A DNA stretch of 53,026 nt, taken from positions 1 to 53,026 of the forward strand of contig CAZPYY010000002.1 in assembly GCA_964590995.1 (NCBI GenBank), in the 5' to 3' direction. The translations under genes and the position numbers were made by a program. This DNA is from an uncultured Planctomycetia bacterium. Lineage in GTDB: Bacteria > Omnitrophota > Gorgyraeia > Duberdicusellales > 4484-171. The notes under the pieces were generated by a model. That model was not told the DNA's origin, searched no databases, and worked only from the letters and a program-made list of their open reading frames with translations. Of the stretch, positions 34,627-41,933 are shown in pieces. Positions within the stretch are counted from its first letter, which is position 1. Each line of letters starts with the position of its first letter.

Positions 34627-35668
34627 CGAGATTAACTCTGATTTTATCAACAAGGCTCAATGCCGATTGGATAATTTGACTAAACCCCAAGGAAGTTTGG
34701 GTAGGCTAGAGGAGTTAGCTAAGCTTATTGTCGGTATTACTGAAAAAGAAGATCCGACTTTGGCGAAAAAGGTTATTTTTACCTTAGCCTCTGACCATGG
34801 GGTAGCAGATGAGGGGGTGAGCGCTTTTCCTAAAGAAGTTACTGCACAGATGGTTTATAATTTTCTAAATGTCGGTGCCGGAATAAATGTTTTAGCCAAT
34901 CACGTTGGAGCAAGGGTTGTGGTTGTGGATATGGGAGTTGCTGCTGATTTAGAACCCAAAGCAAATTTAATTATCAAGAAGGTAAACTATGGTACTAAAA
35001 ATATGGCAAAAGAGCCAGCAATGACCAGGGAGGAAGCCATAAGATCGATTGAGGCTGGAATTGAGCTCTTTGAAGATGAATTTGAAATAGGAGTTGATAT
35101 CGTTGGAACTGGTGATATGGGCATTGCCAATACTACCGCTAGCAGCGCTTTAACAGCAGTTTTTACTGGCAAATCAGTTGAAGAGATTACCGGGCGAGGC
35201 ACTGGCGTTGATGACGATACTTTTAAGAATAAAATAGAAGTTATTAAAAGAGCTCTTGAGTTAAATAAGCCAAACCCAAAAGATCCTATCGATGCCCTTT
35301 CTAAAGTGGGTGGTTTTGAAATTGGAGGATTAGCCGGAATAATTCTCAGGGCGGCTTCGAAGAGAGTTCCAATAGTAATAGACGGTTTTATCTCCGGAGC
35401 TGCCGCATTACTGGCTTATCAATTAGAGCCAAAAGTTAAAAACTATATGATTGCTGCTCATTGTTCCCTAGAGCAGGGGCACAGAGTAGTTCTTAATCAT
35501 ATTGGCCTTAAGCCAATATTGGATTTAAATTTGCGCCTGGGGGAAGGCACTGGCGCAGCTTTGGGGATAAATATTGTTGAAGCTAGTATCAAGATTATAA
35601 CTGAAATGGCTACCTTTAAAAGTGCAGCGGTTTCTCAAGAGTCGCAAAAACAGGAAGCTAAATCTTAA
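34592..35668 (+). CDS. cobT: Nicotinate-nucleotide--dimethylbenzimidazole phosphoribosyltransferase
   Basis: LTKPQGSLGRLEEL, GDMGIANTT and LGEGTGA motifs. ATG 34592 follows GGGAGGAAA. The track start at 34499 adds a non-homologous extension. Confidence 0.85.
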   Translation: MRKIENTIREISEINSDFINKAQCRLDNLTKPQGSLGRLEELAKLIVGITEKEDPTLAKKVIFTLASDHGVADEGVSAFPKEVTAQMVYNFLNVGAGINVLANHVGARVVVVDMGVAADLEPKANLIIKKVNYGTKNMAKEPAMTREEAIRSIEAGIELFEDEFEIGVDIVGTGDMGIANTTASSALTAVFTGKSVEEITGRGTGVDDDTFKNKIEVIKRALELNKPNPKDPIDALSKVGGFEIGGLAGIILRAASKRVPIVIDGFISGAAALLAYQLEPKVKNYMIAAHCSLEQGHRVVLNHIGLKPILDLNLRLGEGTGAALGINIVEASIKIITEMATFKSAAVSQESQKQEAKS

Positions 35669-35681
35669 AAAGGGTTAACGG

Positions 35682-36416
35682 ATGAAGAAATTCTTAGTTG
35701 CTTTACAATTTTTAACAATTTTCCCGGTGAAGATTAAGTCCAAGGTGATGCCGGAAGATATTGGTAGATCTTTAGCCTACTTTCCTTTGGTCGGTCTATT
35801 ATTAGGTCTCTTACTATCACTGAGTTTATCTATCTTAAGCCCTTTGCCAAGGCTAGTTAGCGGAGCATTGATCTTAGCAATTTCAATTATTATTACCGGA
35901 GGAATCCATTTAGATGGCTTTGCTGATACTTGTGATGGTCTTTATGGGACTAATCTTCCTGAGAGGAGATTAGCGATAATGAAAGATAGCCGGGTTGGAG
36001 GCATGGGGGTTATTGGCCTGATAAGCCTATTACTTATTAAATTTGCTTTGATTGCGAGCATACCAATAGATTTTCTTTGGAAAGCCCTAATTGTTATGTT
36101 GGTCTTTTCTCGGTGGTCTCAGGTTTTGGCTTGTTTTTCATCTCCCTATGCATGCAAAGAAGGCAAGGGCAAGTATTTTGTAGAGGGAGCTAAGGAAAGA
36201 GAAATTTTTATTGCCAGTTTATTTACCTTAGGGCTATTTTTAATCTTAATACAGATTAAGAGTATTATCCTGTTTCTTATGTCTTTATTGGTAGTATTAG
36301 TATTTATAAAATGGGTAAGAGTAAAGATTAAAGGAATGACTGGAGATACTGTGGGGGCAGTAAATGAAATTGCCGAAGTAGCGGCCCTTTTTTTCTTTTT
36401 AGTTTTAATAAAGTAA
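35682..36416 (+). CDS. cobS: Adenosylcobinamide-GDP ribazoletransferase (cobalamin synthase)
   Basis: 244 aa polytopic protein. LQFLTIFPV, HLDGFADTCDG and GMTGDTVGA motifs. Confidence 0.85.
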   Translation: MKKFLVALQFLTIFPVKIKSKVMPEDIGRSLAYFPLVGLLLGLLLSLSLSILSPLPRLVSGALILAISIIITGGIHLDGFADTCDGLYGTNLPERRLAIMKDSRVGGMGVIGLISLLLIKFALIASIPIDFLWKALIVMLVFSRWSQVLACFSSPYACKEGKGKYFVEGAKEREIFIASLFTLGLFLILIQIKSIILFLMSLLVVLVFIKWVRVKIKGMTGDTVGAVNEIAEVAALFFFLVLIK

Positions 36417-36441
36417 ACCGATAAACGAAGGAGGTATTAGG

Positions 36442-36573
36442 ATGAAGAAGAAAACATTGAAAAAAGAAACAGTCAAGAAGGGAAAAACCCCAGTTTCTTA
36501 CCGTTTAAAGTGTAAGAGAACTGCTAATGGGTTATCACATTACGTGCCAGCAGAGAAGAAGGCACTAGTATAA
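36442..36573 (+). CDS. Unannotated 43-codon ORF: lysine-rich small peptide (candidate radical-SAM substrate/precursor)
   Basis: Translated by hand as MKKKTLKKETVKKGKTPVSYRLKCKRTANGLSHYVPAEKKALV*. AAGGAGG at 36428-36434 lies 7 nt before the ATG. It is below the 60-aa cutoff of the ORF track and sits directly upstream of the rSAM/SPASM gene. Confidence 0.5.
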   Translation: MKKKTLKKETVKKGKTPVSYRLKCKRTANGLSHYVPAEKKALV

Positions 36574-36656
36574 TTTCGTAGACTTTTAAATAGGCTTTAA
36601 TTCTATTGAGGGATGAGTATGATACATATCCTCTGGATAGCGACAAGGAGAGCTTT

Positions 36657-38009
36657 ATGCAAGGCACTAATTTAAACGAAAAACTACTACAGAGAGAGGA
36701 TATTAGTAGAGGTAATAAGTTATTGATTGATCCCGACAATGTATTTTGGGCTCTTACCTTCGGTAAAAGTATCAATAAAGACGCTGGTCAGAAGGTGTTT
36801 TCATTATACGCCAGGATGAAGAACAAACTTGATGTTTCGATGCATGACTTCAGGTTTAAAATGAAGCTGAATTCAGTTTATATTAACCCTACCGATAGGT
36901 GTAATGCTGATTGCCCCTATTGCTATGTTCCGGCATCAAGAAGAAAAAAGGGGAAGGATTTAAGCGAGAAAGGTCTTCTCTATATTCTAGATAAGATTGA
37001 CCGATATTTTCGTAATAATCCTAATTATCCCAAGATTAAACCAATAATCATATATCACGGCAGCGAACCTCTTTTAGTTAAAGATAGAATATTCTCTTCA
37101 ATCGAGAAGTTCAAGAAACGATTCCATTTCGGGATTCAGACTAATGCTATTTTGTTAACCAAGGCTGATGTTGAATTCTTAACGGCTCATAAGATAAGTG
37201 TAGGTATATCTTTAGATTCTATTAACCAAGGAGTGAATGATTATACCCGGAAATCTTCCCGAGGCAGTAATTATAAAAAAGCAATTCAAGCCCTTAAGTG
37301 GTTCAATGGCTATGGGGGTTTAAATATCATTGCAACTATCACTAAGCACAATGTAGAAGACCTTACTAAGCTAGTCAGTTTCGCCCACTCTAAGAAAGTA
37401 CCGTGCATCCTTCTTAATCCAGTAAGAGCTACTCGAAAATCTACTCAAAAGTTACGCCCAAGCCAAGAAGATTTAACTAAGAATTTCATAAAAGCGGTTA
37501 AAAAGGCTATTGATCTATCAAAAAGTTCAGGCCGGAGGATAATCATTGGTAATTTTTCTAATATTATCTTAGGCATAGTAGCTCCCTTAGCCCGCAGGCT
37601 TATGTGTGATATCTCGCCTTGTGGTGGCGGAAGGTGCTTTTTCGCTATCACTGCTGGTGGGAATATAATTCCTTGCGGGGAGTTTATAGCCCTTAAGGAG
37701 TTTTATGGTGGCAATATCTTTAGCTCATCAATAAAAAAAGCTATCAACTCAGCTCCATTTAAAAAAGTAAGGTCAAGAATGGTCGAGAAGATTCCAGAGT
37801 GTGATACTTGTGCCTATCGAAATATTTGTGGAGCACCTTGTCCGGCTGAAGTCTACTCTTTATCAAAAGACCTAAACACAAAGTCACCTTACTGTGATTT
37901 CTACAAGGATATAATAAACTATGCTTTTAAATTAATTAGTGAAGATAAGACCAAGCACCTTTTCAGAAGAGAGGCTTTGGAAAATATTAGATATGAATAC
38001 AGGCTTTAA
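36657..38009 (+). CDS. Radical SAM enzyme with C-terminal SPASM domain (peptide-modifying / AslB-like class)
   Basis: CNADCPYCYV (CX3CX2C). The full SPASM pattern is present: CFFAITAGGNIIPC (C..GX4C), CDTCAYRNICGAPC (CX2CX5CX3C) and a later C. ATG 36657 with AAGGAG 6 nt upstream is preferred over the track's TTG at 36606. Confidence 0.8.
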   Translation: MQGTNLNEKLLQREDISRGNKLLIDPDNVFWALTFGKSINKDAGQKVFSLYARMKNKLDVSMHDFRFKMKLNSVYINPTDRCNADCPYCYVPASRRKKGKDLSEKGLLYILDKIDRYFRNNPNYPKIKPIIIYHGSEPLLVKDRIFSSIEKFKKRFHFGIQTNAILLTKADVEFLTAHKISVGISLDSINQGVNDYTRKSSRGSNYKKAIQALKWFNGYGGLNIIATITKHNVEDLTKLVSFAHSKKVPCILLNPVRATRKSTQKLRPSQEDLTKNFIKAVKKAIDLSKSSGRRIIIGNFSNIILGIVAPLARRLMCDISPCGGGRCFFAITAGGNIIPCGEFIALKEFYGGNIFSSSIKKAINSAPFKKVRSRMVEKIPECDTCAYRNICGAPCPAEVYSLSKDLNTKSPYCDFYKDIINYAFKLISEDKTKHLFRREALENIRYEYRL

Positions 38010-38011
38010 AA

Positions 38012-38713
38012 GTGAATAATTTAATGACTATATCTTCTTGGAGCGGGGGAAAGGATAGCTGCCTTGCTTGTTATAAAGCTATAAAAAATGGCCAGCCAGT
38101 AGAATACCTCCTTAATTTTATATCTCGAGAGTCTAAACGCGGGTGTTTTCATGGAATTGAGTCTAAGCTCCTAAATTTACAGGCTGAGGCGATAGGTATT
38201 CCTCTGATTCAAAGAGAAGTTAGTCCTGATATGAAGAAATATGAAGAGGAGTTTAAACAAGCAGTTTCTGAACTAAAGATCAAAGGTGCAAAAAGGATGG
38301 TTTTCGGAGACATTTATTTAGAAGAACACAAGAGTTGGGTTGAGCGGGTTTGCCGGGAAGTGAAAATAGAGCCTTTGGAGCCATTATGGGGTATTCCACC
38401 GGAAGAAATTGCGATGGATTTTATCAGCCGGGGATTTAAGGCAGTTATTGTCAGCTGCAAAGCTGCTTCCTTAGGTGAAAAGTTTATTGGCAGTTATTTC
38501 GACAATAACTTTTTAGAAAAACTTAAGGAACGGAATATCTGCCCTTGCGGAGAGAATGGTGAATTTCATACTTTTGTTATTGACGGCCCGATATTTAATA
38601 AGAAGATCGAGATAACAGAAAGTCAGGCGATTTTTAAAAAAGGATTTTGGGAGCATTGGTTTTTAGATATTAAGAATTATCAACTTAAAGAAAAGGAGGT
38701 GTCAATAACATAA
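38012..38713 (+). CDS. PP-loop ATP pyrophosphatase, MJ0570/Dph6 (diphthine--ammonia ligase-like) family
   Basis: SWSGGKDSCLA PP-loop and GENGEFHTFVIDGP motif typical of the ATP_bind_4/MJ0570 family. 233 aa. Alternative ATG at 38024. Confidence 0.7.
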   Translation: MNNLMTISSWSGGKDSCLACYKAIKNGQPVEYLLNFISRESKRGCFHGIESKLLNLQAEAIGIPLIQREVSPDMKKYEEEFKQAVSELKIKGAKRMVFGDIYLEEHKSWVERVCREVKIEPLEPLWGIPPEEIAMDFISRGFKAVIVSCKAASLGEKFIGSYFDNNFLEKLKERNICPCGENGEFHTFVIDGPIFNKKIEITESQAIFKKGFWEHWFLDIKNYQLKEKEVSIT

Positions 38714-38729
38714 TTTTAGTTTTTTTGGG

Positions 38730-38885
38730 GTAGGCAACATTTAATCTGATTTAAGGGAGCCGGAAACTGAGATATTTTTTGGTTTCCTTACCAAATAGGT
38801 AAAAGAAGTGAAGGTGAGATTCCTTCCGCTGTCCCGCAACGGTAATATCTAAATAAAATTAACTAAGATGAGCCCGGCCGATTAC
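38730..38885 (+). promoter_or_regulatory. Probable second cobalamin riboswitch, atypical/short (class-II-like) form
   Basis: The core GAAGGTGAGATTCCTTCCGCTGTCCCGCAACGGTAA (38808-38844) matches the cobalamin GGTG..AA..CC...CCCGC..C.GTAA consensus. The B12-box region is reduced to GAGCCCGGCCG. It lies directly upstream of a TonB-dependent receptor. Boundaries are approximate. Confidence 0.6.
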
Positions 38886-38929
38886 TTATTATGGAAGTAT
38901 TTCCGAGGAGAGAAAAAGGAGGAAGAACT

Positions 38930-40789
38930 GTGAAACAAGTTGGTTTAATAAATTTAATTGTTTATTGTTTATTTTTCTTGACTAGTATCAATTTAGCAGC
39001 TCAAGATGCTGATGGTCCTTATTATACTATTGATTTAAATGAGATTGTAGTTACTGCCTCGCGGATAGAGCAGGACTATAGCGATTCTACCCAAAATATA
39101 AGTATTATTAGCAAAGACGATATTGAGGCTAGCGGGATAACTGAGGTTACTGAAATCTTGGATTTATTGCCTTCAGTCGATATATTGGAATATGGCTCGG
39201 TTGGCTCTAGCCGTTCAGTCCATACCAGAGGGGCTTCATCGAGCCAGACCCTTACTCTTGTGGATGGGAGGCCAATCAATACTCCCCGCGATGGGGCTAC
39301 AGATTTTAACCAAATCTCCCTTTCCAATATTGAAAGAATCGAAGTTCTGCGCGGTCCTGCTAGCAGTATGTATGGAGCCGGTGCTGTAGGGGGGGTTATC
39401 AATATCATTACCAAGAGTGGGGAAGATGAGATACAGGCTAAGTTTTTAAATAAATTCGGCTCTTTTAATACAACGCTGTCTTCTTTAACCCACGGGTACA
39501 AGATTAATGACTTTGATTATTTTATAGCTTATGACTACTTAGCTTCTGATGGTCATAGAACTAATTCCGACTACTCAAGCAACAATATAAATACAAAGTT
39601 TGGCTATCAGTTAGATGAAGACAACCATATTAGTCTATCTAGCGGATATTATGATTCTGATGTGGGAACTCCTGGTTTACTTTCCAATGTGGATGAAAAC
39701 GATCGGCAAGAAACATCCAAAAAGTACCTCGATCTAACCTATAACGGAAAAATGCTCGAAGGACAAGACATATTGGTGAAGTTATTTCATAATACCGATC
39801 GGCTAGAATTTATCGAGACACCAGAACCTATGGATAAAAATACCCATCAAACTAAGATCTACGGCGTAGATACACAAATTTCACAAACTTTATTTGATGT
39901 TTTTCGTACCGCAATAGGATTAAGTTACCAAGAGCACAGGCTTAACAGCTCAAACAGCGGCAAACATACATACGATTTAAAAGGTACTTATCTTGAATCA
40001 GAAGTTGATATTTTTGATAAAAGCTGTTTAAAACTTGGTGTTCGCTGGGATGACTATTCAAATTTTGGAGATAGAATCAGCCCTAGCGCCAATTTAAACT
40101 TCTGGTTATTTGATAAGATAAAAGTCCATGCTCTAGCGGCCAAATCATTCCGTGCGCCCACATTTAATGATCTTCATTGGCCTCAAGAGGACTGGGGTAT
40201 TTGGGGTGGTGTTGAAGGGTCCCCTAATCTTGGTCCAGAGAAAGCTGTTTCTTATGAGGTAGGAATGAGTGGATATTTTTTGGAAAGATTTAAGACAGAC
40301 CTTACTTTTTTCAAGACCAATTTTGAGGATCTGATAGAATGGACAGTTGATGATTCTTGGTGGTGGCGGCCGCAAAATTCTAGCTCAGCCACAACAGAAG
40401 GAGCTGAACTAGAAACGGAGTTTGTTTTACGGGAACACCTCAAGGCCAATCTTAACTACACATATCTAGAAGCTAAAAATAAGGAGACTGGAAAGTGGTT
40501 GATATATCGGCCCCGGCATCTATACAAATTAAAATTATTATATTCACCAACTTCCAAATGTGAAATTGGCTTAAGTGCCATACACAAAACAAAACGGTTT
40601 GCGAACGCAAGTAATACAAGCTTTCTTAAGCATTACACAATAATGAATTTTAATTGCACTTATAAAGTTAATGACTTTCTTCAAATTTTGTTTGAGGCCA
40701 AGAACGTCTTTGACCGGATGTATCAGGAGGAAAGAGATTATTCTATGCCGGGAAGAGCATTCTACGGAGGGGTTAAGTTGACTTTTTAG
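38930..40789 (+). CDS. TonB-dependent outer-membrane receptor (BtuB-like by context)
   Basis: Signal peptide, plug-domain motifs EIVVTASR and IERIEVLRGPASSMYGAGAVGGVINIITK, and a C-terminal beta-barrel ending in F. GTG 38930 follows AAGGAGG and is preferred over ATG 38891. Confidence 0.85.
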   Translation: MKQVGLINLIVYCLFFLTSINLAAQDADGPYYTIDLNEIVVTASRIEQDYSDSTQNISIISKDDIEASGITEVTEILDLLPSVDILEYGSVGSSRSVHTRGASSSQTLTLVDGRPINTPRDGATDFNQISLSNIERIEVLRGPASSMYGAGAVGGVINIITKSGEDEIQAKFLNKFGSFNTTLSSLTHGYKINDFDYFIAYDYLASDGHRTNSDYSSNNINTKFGYQLDEDNHISLSSGYYDSDVGTPGLLSNVDENDRQETSKKYLDLTYNGKMLEGQDILVKLFHNTDRLEFIETPEPMDKNTHQTKIYGVDTQISQTLFDVFRTAIGLSYQEHRLNSSNSGKHTYDLKGTYLESEVDIFDKSCLKLGVRWDDYSNFGDRISPSANLNFWLFDKIKVHALAAKSFRAPTFNDLHWPQEDWGIWGGVEGSPNLGPEKAVSYEVGMSGYFLERFKTDLTFFKTNFEDLIEWTVDDSWWWRPQNSSSATTEGAELETEFVLREHLKANLNYTYLEAKNKETGKWLIYRPRHLYKLKLLYSPTSKCEIGLSAIHKTKRFANASNTSFLKHYTIMNFNCTYKVNDFLQILFEAKNVFDRMYQEERDYSMPGRAFYGGVKLTF

Positions 40790-40862
40790 ATGGTTCTTTA
40801 GAAGTTTCGAGTAACTACTTGCTTTTATAAGAATATTCCATGGAATTCATCAAAATACCGCC

Positions 40863-40890
40863 TTGTAATATTCGTTATTTTTGATATAAT
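40863..40890 (+). promoter_or_regulatory. Promoter TTGTAA-16-TGaTATAAT, 7 nt upstream of the ATG (leaderless transcript predicted)
   Basis: TTGTAA at 40863-40868 and TGATATAAT at 40882-40890, with ATG at 40898. No Shine-Dalgarno lies between them. Confidence 0.5.
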
Positions 40891-40897
40891 ATTTTTG

Positions 40898-41929
40898 ATG
40901 GAGTGCGAAGAGATTAAAAAAATAATCCCTAAGTATTTTCAACATACTGCTAGCGCTGAAGAAATTCAAGTAGTAGAAGAGCATCTTTGCGTCTGCCATG
41001 ATTGCCGCACGGTTTTGGGCGAGCTAATGGATAAGGCTTCAGAGGCTGAAGAGGCAGCAGAAGCTCATTCACAAGAGCAAGCAGAACCTCTTCCGAAAGA
41101 GAAGGCAAAGCCTCCTCTTGAGGAAGAGAAAGAGGAGCCTCCGAAAGAGAAGGCTGAAGAAAAGAAGGAAGAAGAGGTGCCAGCTCCTGGAGCCAAAGAG
41201 ATAGAGGAGAAGCGACCGGAGGAAAGTCCTGAGGAGCGAGGTCTCCCCAAAAAGGGACGTAGTGAAGGGGAAGAAGATTTGGAGTACTTCCCCGGAGAGG
41301 ATCTTGAGGCTTCAATGGATAAGGTTGATGATATTTTAGGAAAAACTGAACCAGCTAAGGGAGACTCCGGAGATAAACCCAAAGAAGTAGAACCTATTGC
41401 TCAGGATAAGGAAGAAGAGAAGGCGGAAGAGACAACAGAAGAAAAGGAAGAAGTATCCGAACCTATTTTAGAGGAAAAGGAAGATGAAGATTCTTCTTTT
41501 GAGATAATATCAGATTCTCCTGTAATCTCTAAACAGGAACTTCCTGCTGAGAGCGATATAGAAACTTTAGGCACAAAAGATCTTGAGCCGGTCGCAGAGG
41601 ATGCTAAAGAGCCTGAAGAAAAAACAGAGCTTCCTCCGGAAGAAGAGAAGGCGGAAGAGACAACAGAAGAAAAGGAAGAAGTATCCGAACCTTCATCAGA
41701 AACCGGCATAGAACTTAAAGAAGAGAAACCAGAAGAACCGGCGCCAAAAGAAGAAGGTGCGGTGTCTTTAGAAGAAGGTGGGGAGAGCCAGGAGTCATTA
41801 GAAGAGGTATCCCATTCTCTGGACGGGATGCCCTTAGAGAAGAGTAATGCAGGTCTTCTAGAGTACTTATGCTTAGTCGCTGGTTTGGGTGTTTTGGGAT
41901 TTCTAACCTATCTTCTTTTAAAAGGTTAA
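40898..41929 (+). CDS. zf-HC2 anti-sigma-factor-like protein with long acidic E/K/P-rich repeat region and C-terminal TM anchor
   Basis: N-terminal C..(x)..HLCVCHDC (H-x3-C-x2-C) putative zinc finger. About 270 aa of low-complexity acidic sequence follows. The C-terminus LLEYLCLVAGLGVLGFLTYLLL is a TM helix. Confidence 0.65.
   Translation: MECEEIKKIIPKYFQHTASAEEIQVVEEHLCVCHDCRTVLGELMDKASEAEEAAEAHSQEQAEPLPKEKAKPPLEEEKEEPPKEKAEEKKEEEVPAPGAKEIEEKRPEESPEERGLPKKGRSEGEEDLEYFPGEDLEASMDKVDDILGKTEPAKGDSGDKPKEVEPIAQDKEEEKAEETTEEKEEVSEPILEEKEDEDSSFEIISDSPVISKQELPAESDIETLGTKDLEPVAEDAKEPEEKTELPPEEEKAEETTEEKEEVSEPSSETGIELKEEKPEEPAPKEEGAVSLEEGGESQESLEEVSHSLDGMPLEKSNAGLLEYLCLVAGLGVLGFLTYLLLKG
41411..41464 (+). 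repeat. 54-bp perfect direct repeat, copy 1 (inside the anti-sigma-like CDS)
   Basis: GAAGAAGAGAAGGCGGAAGAGACAACAGAAGAAAAGGAAGAAGTATCCGAACCT is identical to 41639-41692. It encodes EEEKAEETTEEKEEVSEP. Confidence 0.9.
41639..41692 (+). repeat. 54-bp perfect direct repeat, copy 2
   Basis: Identical base-for-base to 41411-41464 and 228 bp apart, so the two copies are in frame. Confidence 0.9.
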
Positions 41930-41933
41930 TCCA

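Noticed and set aside
41065-41709. Antisense Ser-rich ORFs (41065-41382, 41401-41709, 40950-41315) opposite the anti-sigma-like gene. The same applies to other minus-strand track ORFs such as 436-636, 4641-5228, 6811-7122, 9866-10135, 11384-11674, 39076-39501, 52170-52565.
   Set aside because: These are mirror-image frames of GAA/AAG-rich or otherwise well-supported plus-strand genes. They have no Shine-Dalgarno and low-complexity or nonsense composition. Each is fully nested in a CDS with clear family motifs.
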